From Vicugna vicugna (taxonomy: Eukaryota): a DNA stretch of 64,000 bases. Below, in pieces: positions 12,770 through 27,000 of the stretch. The stretch spans positions 3,783,050 through 3,847,049 of the forward strand of contig MU058781.1 in assembly GCA_013265495.1 (NCBI GenBank). The letters are read 5' to 3'. Position 1 is the first letter of the stretch; the number at the start of each line of letters is the position of its first letter. A model generated the notes under the pieces. That model saw nothing but the letters and a program-made list of their open reading frames with translations. It had not been told where the DNA came from and did no database searches. Both the position numbers and the translations under genes were made by a program.

Positions 12770-15700
12770 TTGTCACGGTGTTTAGCTTCATACTAGATGT
12801 TAATGTGGAACCGAAAGTGTCATGAGAGGTGTACCCCATTTTGGGGAAAACTGAAACATGGAAATTCTCATGACATAGTTACATTTGGAAAGGATTCCTC
12901 ACATGAAGAAAATCACCCCTAATTTCCTCTAAATAATTTCCCCTGTGTCGTTAAAATAAGATCAGATTTTCAAAATAACTCAATCCGTAAACCACGTTTC
13001 AGCATCTGTAGGAAGAGAGTCATCGTACAAAGAGGGGCACATCTTGAATGGTTCTTTGGAGCAGAGCGAGCAAGGAAGCAGTGACAGAAAACACACCCAG
13101 AGATGTACGGCAAAGTGATTCAGTTATACGTGTGTGTGTACATATATTCTTTTTCATACTCTTTCCCATTACAGTTTATTACGAGAGGCCCTTCTTGACT
13201 CCCTTATGTAAGATGCACCTTAAGCACCACCATCAGCACAACTTCGATCCCCGTTTCTCGGCTGAATTGTTTTCTGTAGTATTTATCATATTTGATACAG
13301 GTATTTCCTTGTTTATTTTCTCTCACTAAACTCTAGCTCCGTAAGGACAGAGACTTCATCTGTTTCGTTCCCTGCTATTTCCATGGCAACTAGAAATGCC
13401 TGCCACAGAGCAGGCTGGAGCGGGTCTTGCTCTGACCTGGCTCCAGTTGCTGGCCTTTGTTATATTCCCTGTGGGTTTCCATCTTGACCCCTTTGATCCT
13501 GAGTCATGGCTTACATCCTCCATGACCGAGGGGCTGCCTTGTTGTCTCCTCCTCAGTCTGTCTAGAGATTGCAGTCCTGCCCCTATAGCCCAGTCCCTAT
13601 ATATTTGCTATTAGATTAGCAGGAATCCCACCTTTCACTCTCCAGATGCCATTGTATTGACAATTACTTGATCTCCCATTGCCAAAAGTCCCTCTCATCA
13701 ATGTCCCATCCATGATCTAGGCAGCCTCCCTGAAAGCCATGTCCAAGGTGAACACACCTTGATCTTCAGCCTCAAAGAGGCATTGAAAGGCAGTGTCACT
13801 GCTGTAGGGAAAGAAGTTCGCATTTGGACGAGAACGGCCTGCGTGTGCAGCATCCCAGCTCTGTCACTGACAGTGGGGCACACTGAAAACAAGTCACTCA
13901 CTACCCTGTGCTCCGTCTTCCACCCATGGACAGCAGTCAGTGACATCAGCCTCGCAGGGTGGCTGTCAACGCATGAAGCCATAGAGAAACACATGGAAAG
14001 GTCTGGCACAAGGCTGGCAGATTTTCCCCAGCTGTACTGAAATCCTCAGAAACATCTGCCCCGTCGTGTTCAGTAGAGTCGCACAATGTCCTCGGCCGAG
14101 ACTGGGTGGCTCTGTGTGCAAAATAAAGTATTTCCCGTGGGAAAATATTCAGCATGACATGAAGTTCCATGATCATTTCAAATATATTGGAACAATACAA
14201 TAATAACCTGCCCAGCAAAATTACACTGTCAGCCAAGTATCTGACGTCCAGGCATTGTCTCGTGCACAGGAAAGCATGGCTTCACCTCCACAAGGTAGCC
14301 TGTAGTGAACAGGTAGCACCAAGTACAATGAATAGACGGATTTCCCTCTCCCACCCTCCCCTTTTCCAGAGTGACAGGAAACATTTCTACTAACCCTTGC
14401 CAACTTCACAGAAGTTTTTCTAGTTCCCACTACTTTGCTACTCAAAAGGAAGGGAGTGATCACTTCAGCGGTAGGGTGTGGTGTATTTAACAGAGTGCTA
14501 AAGGCAAGTTCAACACAAATGACCGATGTTGGCAGATTGCACAATCCTCGAGTTATTTTTGTGATGGGCAATGTTTTCCTTTTTTATTCCACTTCCCTCC
14601 CTCCTGAGTTGGCGGATGATTTCCAATGACTAGAACTATGTCCAGTACAATCCAGTTAGCCTACACTGAATATCTGGGGTCACAGAGAGGTGCTGGGTTG
14701 ACACTCTGTATTTTAATGAACTTCCAGTCTAGAAAAGATGGAAAATGACGCAGTTGGGATGTTCATTTGTAATTTGTACTCTTGGTTGAGAAGTGGGTCA
14801 TCAGCTCAGCACAGAGAATATAAAAATACACAATAAAGTCACCACAATTTCTGAACGCTGAGCCATCATCTCTTGGGGAAATCAAACATGTGCAGACACA
14901 TTATGAAATTGTTTAATATCCTACGTGACCAGGTACAGAGCTTCCCTGCCCAACGCAGATGAGCTGTTTCACATTGGCTTGGCAGGCAACCTCAGGTGTC
15001 ACGTACATATCTAGCTCCCGGCAGTCAGTGGGCTGCTACGCTCACCACCAGCTGCCTTTTCTTTGAGATACTGTCGGGAAGAATGTGTTGAAAGCTGCTA
15101 TTGATTACTATTGAATGTGACATAGTTTCTCCCCTCAGCACACTTTATCCATCCCAGTGGACAAGGGTCAGAGCATCCTTGAGGATGTGACATGTGCACC
15201 CAAGAAGGCAGAATCCACCTTCACATTCAGCTCATGACTGTTCAGAGATTCCCAAATTCTTCCTGGGGAGTTGAGTGCGGGAGTCAAGGCGAGTATTTGA
15301 GTCCATGAATATTTTCCAAGAGAAGCTTTGGCATTTAATCTCCAGATTTCATTTTTTAAAAGTATTACACGCTCGTGGTAAAAATGACAAACAAACAAAC
15401 AATACATAGTGTAGAGTGAGTCTCCCTCAACCACTGACCCCTAGGTCTCTCCCCCAGGGACCACTATGACCATTTTTGTGTGTGCCCTTCCAGACAGAAT
15501 CTATGCTGATCAGAGGAGCTTTGATTTCTGAAATGCATTTTTATATGTTAGCTGAAGTGGTTCATAAGACGCCTTTTCCAAATAACTCTCCATGGTAACA
15601 TAACTTTGGAACACACACAACACACTCACACGGACATACGCCTGTACACACAGTCCTTCTTTTAAGCATAAAATAGAAGGGAAATGATGCAACAGAAACT

Positions 15701-16804
15701 GACGAGAAGATATATTACAGTAAACCACAGTGGTTAGTGATTCTCTGATGGTTCCAGACAGCTTTTTATACAGAAATAGCCCAGCGAGAACACGCCAGCC
15801 TATTCAGACAGCAGAACAAATCCCAGGGACTTGCTTTTGTGCGACCTTCCCTGTGAAGTTCAAGTCCAAACACATCAGAGCTTGGCAGGACTGCAGGGGT
15901 ACATTAGCCGACAGACAAAACACTCAAGTTCCTCAGGCTCCCCTTGCTTTGACCCTCTGAATCTGCAGATTCTTCTAGTTTGCACCTGCTCCTCACCCAC
16001 CCCTGCCAACACGCAGAAACTGACAGCCCCTCACGTTTCTCTCAGCTATGCAGTTGAATAAAAACCCAACTCACTCTCACACTCTGAAGGAAAGGAGGGT
16101 GGGGGGACCCAGTTAAGTACAAAGTTAAGATATATATGTGCATGTTTGACAGAAATTAGAAAAATCGTGCTAGCTACCAGACCATCCTGAAGCTAGGCAA
16201 TGCATGGTGTTGTTCCAGCTGGGAAGGTGTCCTTGTCTTCAGGGTGGAGATCCCTGCAGGGGGTGATACACAGCGACTTGATAAGCTGTTGTCCTAGAGA
16301 CTTTCTGTAACTGAAATGTGAACGAGGACGCTGGAGGACTAGCTTTTACCTAAGTAGTGATACAGAATAAAAGAGCTGTTGTAATTACTAGTAAGATCAG
16401 CCAGTCTATAGGAGCCTCATCAAAAGCCAAAGTCTAACATAGGAACCACGTGGAAGCCAATAGAAGAAGGTACTTTTCCACCGCATAGCGCCAACACTAG
16501 GTGGTAAAGATCTTCCTACCTGTTACTTACTGCTATTACTAAGGAAATAGTTACAGGTATGTATGGTTTTGGGGGAACATGAAAAGATCATGCTCCAAGA
16601 AAATACTGCCCCACCTGCTGGCTAGTGCCTGAAAATCCTTTACTAGTTGAGAGAGCCTTAAATTCCTCAATAGCAGATCAAGTGTAATAAGCAAAGTCCC
16701 CTGAATAGCAATAATAATGATGCTTATTTCCTGAGTGCTGACTTATGGTAAATGCTTTACTTATGTTCATACTCAGGATTTTACATAAATGATCTTCTTT
16801 AATC

Positions 16805-17477
16805 TGTGGGGTACTGGTCCCCAAGATGGCCCCTCAATGACTGTAGACTCACACGTAGCTAGTTAGAACAGGGCAGAAGTGACACCCTGGGAGGAGAGTG
16901 TAGCTCACGCAGTAGAGCGCATGCTTAGCAAGCACGAGGTCCTGGGTTCAATCCCCAGTATCACCTCTAAAAATAAATAAATAAACCTAATTACCACCAA
17001 AAAACCAAAAAAAAAAAAAAAGAAGAAGAAAAAAAGAAGTGACACTCTGTGGCTTCCAAGGCTAGGTTAGGAGAAGCCTCACAGCTTCTGCCTGCATCTC
17101 TTGGCCATTCTGGGCAAAGTCAGTTGTTATGTAAGAAATCTAGTTCTCCCAATACTACCATGTTGAAAGGAAGCCCAAGCCAGCCATGTGGGGTGGCTGA
17201 GAAAGAGATGCCCGGCCAGTCCTCAGCTATTCCAGCCGTCCCACACCAGGGACCAGACACGGGGAGGAAGATGCCATCCTGAATGTCCAGCTCAGAGCCT
17301 TTGGATGATTCTAGCCCCAACCAACAACGGACCCTAAAACTACATGTGAGACCCTAAGTGAAAATTGTCCAGCTGAGCCCAGTCAATCCACAGAACCATT
17401 AGAAGTAGTAATAAACTGCTATTTTAAACCACTACATTTTAGAGTGTTTTGTGACACAGCAATGGATCGCTGAAACA
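16805..17477 (+). mobile_element. MLT1-family LTR (interrupted by the SINE)
   Basis: TG...CA ends, ccccaagatggcccc start, ccagctgagcccagtcaatccacagaacc and aataaactgctattttaa 3' motifs. Confidence 0.8.
16889..17034 (+). mobile_element. tRNA-derived SINE, camelid Vic-1-like, nested in an MLT1 LTR
   Basis: A/B boxes, poly-A tail, 14-bp TSD AGAAGTGACAC(C/T)CT at 16875-16888 and 17035-17048. Confidence 0.9.
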
Positions 17478-17504
17478 ATCTCCATATTTATGCCACAAGA
17501 TTTT

Positions 17505-18140
17505 GAACAGCACAGTTAACTCTCCAACATCCATTTCACCCTTTCCTCACTGTGCAGTTTGGAGAGCTGACCCCAGTCCAGGAGCATCCCTGATTAGTCT
17601 ATGTTAGTAGTTCTCAATGTGTGGTCCAGCAGCCTGAGTGTCATCCCAGAACTGGTCAGAAAGGCAGGTCCTCAGGCTTTTCTCTAGACCTTCTCAGTCA
17701 GAAACTCCGGCACTGAGGCCCAGTTACCTGTGGGTTAATGGGTCCTTTAGGTAATTCTGATGATGCTCAAATTTGTGAACCAGGGGTCTATTTACCAATC
17801 GTGGTGATCCCGTCCCTACCTCGCTAGTAATTGGTTTAGGAGCCCAGGCCTAAGCCAATCAGCACATAGCATTCCCTTGGCATCAGCTATCAGTTCCTGG
17901 TTGAGGGAATGGCCTTCTGTCCTGCTGGCAGCCACTCTGACTGTGAAAAGAGCCAGCAGTCTTAAGATGCAGCTGACACTGAGGATGGAAACAGAGATGC
18001 AGAAAGAACCTGGGCCCCTGACACCAGGGATCAACCAGCTCAGTCCACCTCTGAACTTCTGATGATGTGGGTCAATAAACTTCCTTATTGGTTAAACTCA
18101 CTTGAATTGGCTTTTTAGTTACTTGCAGCTAAAAGCACAC
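17505..18140 (+). mobile_element. MLT1J-like LTR (interrupted by MER5A)
   Basis: gtaattggtttagg...gtcaataaacttccttatt...gttacttgcagctaaaagca motifs. Boundaries approximate. Confidence 0.65.
17605..17785. mobile_element. MER5A hAT transposon, near full length
   Basis: agtagttctcaatgtgtggtcc...tttgtgaacca ends. 8-bp TSD GTCTATGT / GTCTATTT. Confidence 0.8.
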
Positions 18141-19340
18141 CACCAGGCACGGTGAGTGTTATGATCTGTGTTTTGCATAGGAGACGTCGGGTAATTTGCA
18201 ATAGTTCAGACAAGCAGGAAGCAGAAGAGTGAGGATCTGAGCACAGGTGTCTTTGTTGTCAAAGCCCACCCTCACAATGAAGCCACAAAAGGGTGAGATT
18301 CGCACTTCTCCTGAGAACAGAGGGTTTGGGGTTTGGTTTTGGTGGGTTAGGGTCTCGAGAATACATGAAGGGACTGGGGTCTGACAGAAGACTGGACACC
18401 ACAGAATGAGGAGACGGCCCAGAGAGAGGAGGGAGAATGCAAACGCAGTTCCCATGGAATGCTGTTCAGGGCTGACCTGTGCTCTGGTGTTTCCTCGGGT
18501 CCTTAAGTTGAATGTTGCCCTTTCTCTTCTCCTTTTCCCCCAAACAGATGGACGTATCGTGTTGTTTTGCAAGAACGAGGCTGGGAGGCTGTAAAGCAAG
18601 CGTTTCTCTGAGGAGCAGGCTGCCTGGTCCAAGCAGTTCTATACACGGCATCCGCCCACATCACGCTGCTTCAAAGGCAGGTTATGGTCACAAAAGGACC
18701 ACTGCAGGGTTTCAGCTGTCAGCGCAGCCAAAACGTAGCAGCAGTGGGCCTCACAGAGTCACATATGCCACGATATGAATTCAGGATTTTTATAACTTTG
18801 GGGACCCCCAGGCTCTGGGGCCCTGCAGTGGGTGCCAACATTGGAAAGGGCTCTTGCCAATATCCCACTACCCTTCTGTCTCCACTGCAGGTCGGCTTCA
18901 TCCATTCCCACCACTTTCCCCACCTTGCCTGCCCTGAGCACCATATTGGCCACCAGGGACGACAGAGAAACAAGTCTGGACTCTGCCCTGGGGGCGCCCA
19001 CAGGGCTGCTGGGGAGACAGACTCATAAACGGACAAGTTGAGTTTCTCTCCCTGCACTGACCGGGAGTCGCCTCTGCCCCTCATAAAATATCATAAATAT
19101 AGGGGGGATGACTAGATGACATCATTCAGCTATCGCTGAGCCCTAATAAAAATAATGAAAGATTTAACAGCAATCAAAGCATCATCTGGGGAGGCTAGGC
19201 AGGAGTCACGTGGCTACGAGAGGAGCTGGCCCCTCGGATCCCAGTCTGGGCTCCCCGTCACCATTGTGTGACCCACACTGTCAACTGCATGATTCTCAGG
19301 CTTTGGTGCTTCATCTGTAAATGGAGAGTGTAGAATGGAC

Positions 19341-19595
19341 TTTTTTTTTTTTTTTAAAAAACAGCTTTATTGAGCTAGAGTTCAACATACGATCTACCCA
19401 TTTAAAATGTGCCATTCAGTGGTTCTCAACACATTCACTGCGTTGTGCAACCATCACCAAAACTAGTTTTTAGAACATTTTCATCACTTGCTCCAAAAAG
19501 AAATTCTGTAGTATTAGCATTCACTTTCCATTTCTCCCCACCCCCAGGCAATTCTCAGTCCACTTTCTGTCTCTGTGGCTTTGCCTATTCTGGTA
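19341..19595 (-). mobile_element. L1MB-like 3' end
   Basis: Poly-T, then acagctttattgag...ttgtgcaaccatcacca...tttagaacattttcatcac. Confidence 0.8.
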
Positions 19596-19618
19596 AAGTT
19601 GTGAGTGTGAATGTATGT

Positions 19619-19624
<6 letters not shown>

Positions 19625-19666
<42 letters not shown>
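19625..19666. repeat. (TA)n microsatellite
   Basis: About 21 perfect TA units. Confidence 0.97.
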
Positions 19667-19674
<8 letters not shown>

Positions 19675-21979
19675 ACTTTTTAACACACGAGTTTGGGGTG
19701 AAAGTATGGTGTGCCCTCTAAGTGTACCCTCTCTTCCTCCACCTCTTTGAGATCTGAAGTCTTGCTTGGCTTGAGAAGAGTAGGAGACACATGGTTTCCA
19801 CGGAAAGCTGAGAGCAAGCGAAGAAGGGTTTTATCCAAATAAAACAGACTTTGGATGAGATGTAAATGTTCCCAAGGGCCTGGTCAGGATCTGGGTAGCC
19901 CAGCTTTCTGGGAAACCTTTGAAAAGCAGCTGAAATTTTTCTCCTGTAGTCCTACAGATGGTTGACTTGGTTGATTAAGAATGAAATATTCTAGCTAACG
20001 ATCGTGTCTCAAAAAGAAGGATGCCGAACTAAACCACAAGGAATCATTTAAGGCCTAAACGCTGGATGAACCAGTGGGCTTCATGCCAACACCAATCCTT
20101 TTATATAAAGATCTCCAAAGAAAACCAGAGTCACAGTCACCCTGGGGTTTCTGTGAAGGGCTGGGGCGGGGTGCAATCCCCGAGAGTGCACTCAGTGCCC
20201 GCAGTTACCCACTCTCCTCCAGCACCCGCTGCAGCCTCCACACTAGCCATTCAGAGCATTGTGCCCTTTGGCTAGGCTACTGCATGGCCTGTCCTGATGC
20301 TCTGGGCTGGTTGCTAGGGAACACACTCGGGGAAATTTACTTGTTCGGGTGGTGGTGTGGGTAATATTCCTCGTCACCGCTCGTAAGTGATGCCAGTTAT
20401 CCCACATGGGCTGCAACATGTTTCTGTGCACGTGTGACTTTATAGTTTACAAAACACGTTCACACGTTTTGCCTCACTTGACTCTCACCAAGTGCTCTCA
20501 GTTGGGTCAGGCCCCTGTTCCTCGGAGTCCGAAAGCTTGGTTTGAATCTGGAGTCACCACTGGGTGCTCTCGGGCAAGTTATTCCGACTCTCCCTGCCTT
20601 GATCTCCTCATCTGTAAACTGGAGGTGACTATACAGTACTTACTTCATAGGGATGCCATGGAGATTAAATGAGCATGTGAAGACTTCAGAACTGTGCCTG
20701 AAAGACAGTAAACAAATGCACTGTAATTATTCTCATTCTCCTTCTAATTGTTGTTATTTCAGAAATGCATGGACTAAGGCTTGGCAAGGTTAAACGTTTT
20801 TTCCAAGAGCACAGCAAGTGGCACGGCTGGGGGCTGAGCCCAGGGCTCCTGACTCATCATATTACTGGTTGTGAAATTATCTGCCTGTAAAAACTGGTGT
20901 TTAGCAACCAGACCAAGATATAGCGCTGCTGAAGCAAAATAATCATGGTTCTATTAATTGGCAGGAAGAAATCAATAGGCTTTTCTCCATCTTTTTCCCT
21001 TAAGAGTTTTCTTCAACCTTGTGGACCTACTCCTCCTTTCCCAACTGCCACTGGTTGATGCTCATGACCAGGCAAAGGCATTCACTTATGTATTAATGCA
21101 GAAAACCCAGAACTAACTGACCATGCTTAGTTCAACAGCTGTTTTTGCTTTCATGAGACCCTGACCTTGATTTCAATTGCATACACACATCAGAAGCAGA
21201 CTTTCTGCAGGTACTCTTGTCCTGGGTTGTATGAAGTCATTAGACACGTCAGAATCTGCAGCATTTCACAAAGGACATATTGTCTGATAGACAACATGAC
21301 ACCTTCAAGGTCCACGGCCCCCTGAACAAGCCCAGGGGCCAACAACTGTGCCATAGTCATCCCTCGCCCACCTTGAATTCCACCAAACGTAGACTTGCTT
21401 TTTGCACTTCCCGCAACCATACGAATTTCAGATCAAGTACGCCTGTTCTGAATTATTCTGGCAGGAGACAGAGAACAGGAAACCCGGAGGCTGGGAAGAG
21501 AGCACAAGAAGGAGATGGAGTGTAGGATGCAGCCTAAGGCAGTGGGAGAGAAAGTCAGCGTCGGGACCCTGGACCTGCAACACCCACCCTGCTCCTCTGC
21601 ACAGGAAGGGAGTGGTCCTGGGGCCGTGCTGTGCTTTGGCTATAATAATACAGCAAAGTTAAGGGTGTATAACCCTGTACATGGAGGAGGTGTTTTGAGA
21701 AATACTCAAATGTATAGGTGAAGTTTTTCACTAGCAACTTTATTTTTCTTCAAGCATGCAAGTTTTTTGGAACAATGGGGGAACGTGGAAACTAGTTACA
21801 AAATAAACACAGGAATTACGATTTGGTTAGAGAACCAGTGAAAATGTTATGTGGCACAGAATAAAATAAAATTACCCACATGTTATTGGAAATAAAAGGA
21901 AAGGACATTCTGAACTGTTTCTAGCCACTAAGGGATGGCAACTTTAAGCTACCCGGGTGGCTCTCTTTAGTGTACAGCC

Positions 21980-22465
21980 TGTGTTTTATTTTGTAAACAA
22001 CACTGTTAAATGTCAACCCAACAACCACTTCCAGCCTCTTTCTTCAGTGCCCACCTCCTACCAGAGGGGCTGAAAAAGTTAAACACTATCTTTTTTGCAA
22101 CCTGTCCTGCTACAGGTGGCCATGGGACCTAATCCTAGACTATGATACATAAAGGGATTTCTGTGGGAGAATGATTAAAGGGAGAAAGACATGAGAACTC
22201 TTTTGCATCTCTTTTTGCTTTACATGTTGCTGTGTAAGGATGTGATGCCTGGAGCTGTGGCAGCCATTTTGTGATCGGGTAACCCAAAGGCCGAAGTTGA
22301 AAGCTAACACACAGAGAAAGGCAAAGGAGGAAAGATGAAGGGTTGAGCTGCCAACCCAATCCTGAGGACCATCTATTGCTAGACTTCAGTAAGAAATAAA
22401 AGTCATTAGGTATAAGTCACTATTAGTTTTGTGTTACTTGCAGTTGAAAGCATTCAACTGACATA
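21980..22465 (+). mobile_element. MLT1-family LTR
   Basis: gatgcctggagctgtggcagccattttgtga and tgttacttgcagttgaaagcatt motifs. Confidence 0.7.
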
Positions 22466-24084
22466 AATGTAAAAACAATTTTTTAAAGTGCTCTCTTGGG
22501 TTCACTGAATATCTGGATTCCCCCAAGCTTCTGTCTGTTCTCCGCAAAGTCTTACCACTGAGATTTTCACAGATAGCAATTCTTGAGGTTTGGGAGAGAC
22601 ACCGCCTATTATAGCACCTCTTGGAAGGCTGTGAAGTTCATGCAAACCGTAAACTAGGATAAAAGTAAAAGAGAAATAGTGAAAAATATTATAGGCAAAT
22701 GCTGACTTCCATGCTGAGGGTCAGGAGGCCGCTAAGCAGCTGTTTCTTTTCTCCTGGGAGAATGGATGTTGTAGAGTCTGAGATGGCTGGGGAGGAAAGT
22801 TTTTAAGACGTTTCTCTGAAAGACAGTAACTGCAGAAATGACATGCTGAGCTGAAGCTGTGAGTGCAGCTCCTGGGCTTTATGCTAAGCTGACTTGAAAC
22901 TTCAGAGTCTTGAACAGCATATTAGGGTTTATCAAAACAGACTACGCAAAAAAAAAATTAAATTGAAAGGAAAATTTAGGACCTTGTAAAATGTGAGCAT
23001 GTGAGTATCAACTTCTTATTCCTGAGAGTGATGGCCTAAACATAGTTGTCTACATACCTGCGAAATGTCCAAGAAGACCAGCAGCTCACTGCTCTCAGCA
23101 TATTAAGCTGAGGATGCCCAAGCTCCACCTGTGGTTGACAGTGGTCACCATGACCCCTCGCCAGGATCCTACAGTCTGAGATGCGCCGGTGGCAACTGCA
23201 GACTGCGGGCAGACACGGCTGCCAGCCCGAGGAACGGCAAGGCTGTGCTGTGGAATGCCAGGGGTGTAGATTCCAGAGACAAAGCTGTTTCCAGAAAATA
23301 TCTTTCTTCAAAACAATTTTCTTAAAGAAATCAAAGACCTATGGCAAAGAAAAGGTCTGTCTGCACACAGCAGATGTGAAAGCAGGATCAAGGTGAGAAG
23401 GCAGGTGGAGGACCAACCTCTGAACACCGACGGCACGCCGTTTACACGTGAAGGCTGAGTGTGCAAACCATTCAGGGTCTTTGAGGAACTTGATGGCTCA
23501 CCCTCCACTCTAGTTAGTTTATGTGACTCTCTAATTCTAGTAAAAGATTTCTGGTTGCAGAGAATGAAATGTACCTAAAATAGATTCCCGGGCTCTCTTT
23601 CCATTTCATTTATCCACTTTCCCACGACGTTCCTTTCTTTCCTCTCAAGCAGAGGTCTAGCACACGGAAGGTCGACTCAGAAGAGCTGGGCTCCTCAGAG
23701 GAGGGATGACAGCCATTCATCTCAGCTGCTGGCCTTGGATTCTTCCCTCCAGGCTCTTTCCAAGTGGAACTTTCCTATCCTGAGTTGTAGGGCAGGCGCT
23801 GGCTGCTTCCAATGCTCCCTACGTGCAGTCAGTCAGAGAGGACGATGTCCACCAGAGAGAAAAGGAGGTAACAGGTGCCGGGAGGTGAGCTCTGATGGCA
23901 TTTTCGTTTTGCAGTTCCTGAACTCGGATCGTGTACGCCCAGAACCCTTTGCTAGAGCTGCTCTGATTTGGATTTCTATCACCTATAACCTGAATCTTCA
24001 GCGGGTTTTTAAAACTTGCGTATATACCTTGTTTCTCCTCAAATAAGGAGCTGAAATACTTTACACGAGCATGCTAAAATAATT

Positions 24085-27000
24085 CTTTTGAGTAAGAAAC
24101 ATTTATTTCGTAAGTCAAATAATCACTTTCGAATATATCTTCTATGTAAATCCATGTTTGGGCATTAGATTTTTTAAATAATATACCAGTGTTGTTATCA
24201 TATACAATTGGAGGGAATAACAGTTGAAATGTAGTGGAGACAGAAGCTGATTTTTCCACATTCAATTTGAACAAACAGAAAAGTATATTGGTCACAAAGA
24301 ATTCAATATTTTATTTTAGATAATAAAAATGTCACGCCCAATCTTATACAGTAAAATGTGACTGAATATTTGCTTAAGTAATGAAAGGGTTAAGGAGCGA
24401 CCTGGGTTATACTCCGAGTTACAAATAAGTTATAAATCTGCAGAAAGATTGACATTTTCCGAGTGAAACTCCAATAAAAGACTAAACATTCTCAAACATT
24501 TTATATAAAGAATAAATCATCCCTGATTAACATGTTTTTGCTTTAGTGTCAGAAAAGTCACAACACATTTGATAAACATATGTTAAGAGCCAGTTTTCTC
24601 GGTGTGGGTTCCATGGTACCATCTATGTGACATTTATTCAGAAATGATGCCAAAATTCTTAGAACAGAGCACATCAGGGTGGAGGAAGAGGAGCTCGCCA
24701 GCCTGACACAGCCAGGGAAAGCGGGTGGGCGGGTGAGGGGGGGGGGGTTGTCACTACGCAGGCAGCAAAGGGAGGGACACAGCTGAGCCGGACGCGACCC
24801 CGGCAGGTGCATGGACACCAGGCTCGGGATTTTAGTTTTTAGAGTCCAGAGACAAATTCCAGCCAGATTTCTGGTTTGAGTCGAGCCTTTCTTCCTGAAT
24901 TTGTGACTTCTCACCTGAGGTACTCGCATACTTAAGGGAAAAGACAAACACGTTGGGATTCAGTTTTGTTAGAATCTAAGCGGGAAACCAGCTGAGGACT
25001 AAGACCAGCCCAGGAATCAAAACTCACGTTTCCGGTAAAGAACTGTATGCACAAACGGACTTGGCTTGTTAATGGAGCAGAGAAGGAGTGGAGTCGGAGG
25101 TTAGGCTCTTAAAGAAAGAGAAAGAGCAGGGGAGGGGAGAAAAGAAAGGCGGATGCAGAGGAAGCGTCTAAGAACTGAGCGACATGCATCAACAGGAAAT
25201 AGATTCGGTCCACTTGACATCCTGCTTTGAGCACCTCTGCCTAGAGGTGCTTTTCAGGGCCAAAAAGCTAATTTCCCATGTGATAGACAAAGGCCATCAG
25301 AAAGTTCTGCCAGGTTATCTTCGCCCTTCTGAATGCCCATGCCGAATTTCCTAAAGGGACCTGCATGCTTCTAAGCCGGACGAGCTCAGCCCCAGCAGGC
25401 TCACGCTGCTCACGGACCTGTATTTTTGGCTTCTATGCTTTTTGAACACATTTGACTCAATAAACCTGGTCCCGATCCCTCCTAGCCTCCAAATAAGCAC
25501 GCAATCCACGCTACCAAAAGGAGGGTTCCTGGCTCCCAAGGCTGGGAGGAGGGGGGCTGCTCTGTACTGCAGGGAACTCCACAGCAAAATCAGTGGCCCA
25601 AAGGAAGGGACAGACGGACGCGGCCCACCACCACCAGTGCGAATGCCATGCGGAGTACTTTTGGCAGACGACAGAATGTCACCCAGCCAAATGTTACTTA
25701 AAAATATTTTATCAGGTTAAAAGATCACTTCGCTTTCTGTTTTTAATCTATAAAAATTAGTATTTGCTTAGGAACAGAACTGCCTACAGTACTTTTCTTC
25801 TTGGGGATTCTTTGTTTTGGAGGCGTGTCTGTGCCCCAGGCTCCTTCTCCAGGCTCCTACTAACCCAAGTTATGTTGCAAAGGTGGTCTTAACGGGATGT
25901 CATTTACTTAACTCTTTAAAACTATTAAGGCAACTGTTAAATGTACAGTTATTTCCTGGGGATTCTTCTCTGAAAGGGGAAGGATATACTGATAAAATGA
26001 TATATTCTTCATGAGGCAGTTAAGATAATTTTGGATCTATTTGAAAAAAAGAATAATTATTTAGTTTGAAACTGGTATCACTAATGTCAAAGTATTTGAT
26101 TTTCTTATTTATCTGCAGCTCAGACTCTGTGCTACACAAACGTTGTCAAACAAGGCAAAGAATTACACTTTTCAAGGTTTAGATTACATCCAGGGGACAG
26201 AAGGTAATTTTTGCCAGTGTGGACAGAACAGTGATGATGGGTACTTCATTGTACCAGTTTGATCAGGAGTCTCTGTGGTTCCTACACTGGACCAGATCAC
26301 GTGAACACGTGTGTACCTGGAGAAAGAAAGGTGCTCGTCAACGTCATGGTTTCTCAAACGTTTATTTGCTCTACGTGCAAGTCATTCAACTAAGATGAGA
26401 AGGTGAGTCTCCCAAATACCCCCGGTTGTAAAATCTAGGAGTTTACTTGTTTTAAATGTAGAGGTAAGGTCGGTATGAGAATGTCTTTAACAATCTAAGA
26501 AAGCAAGCTAGATTAGGATGACACCTGGCATGACCGTTCTCTAATTTTCAAAACCTACGACCTGAGCTTGTAACGGGCAAAGGCATATTCATGAAAGACA
26601 TTTCTAAAAAGTGCATGCACCATCTAAGTGTCTAGATGTCGCTACAGAAGGCAAACCTTGTAAAAAAGGCTGATGAAGACCAGAAGGAAGTGGACACTGT
26701 CCCGCACACTGAAGCAGACTTCCACGCCGAGGATGAGCAAGGTGTCCAGGGAGGTAATGCCTCAACTGGGCCGTTACAGCAGCTCTCAACTCAAGAGGGA
26801 GAGGGAGAGGGGCCCAGGGAGCGGGAGGGAGGGAAACCAAGCACTTTAAGAAGGGAGGCCCCACTATAATCACAAGGTTCTCCAGCTGGAAGGCACATAA
26901 AAAAGAAACAGAACAACAACTTACTAAGACAATGGAAATTAAAGAAAAAAATCTCCTGCGGGTGTGAAGTACAGCTGTATCATGAGGATACGAACAAACT

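Noticed and set aside
16889..16965. tRNA-like sequences here and at ~5530, ~9535 and ~12700
   Set aside because: They are SINE heads: shared non-tRNA tail, poly-A, TSDs and mutual divergence. Not tRNA genes.
1..24000. Possible additional gene in the left 24 kb
   Set aside because: ORFs are short, mostly repeat-derived or random, and I found no chain of exons with recognisable homology.
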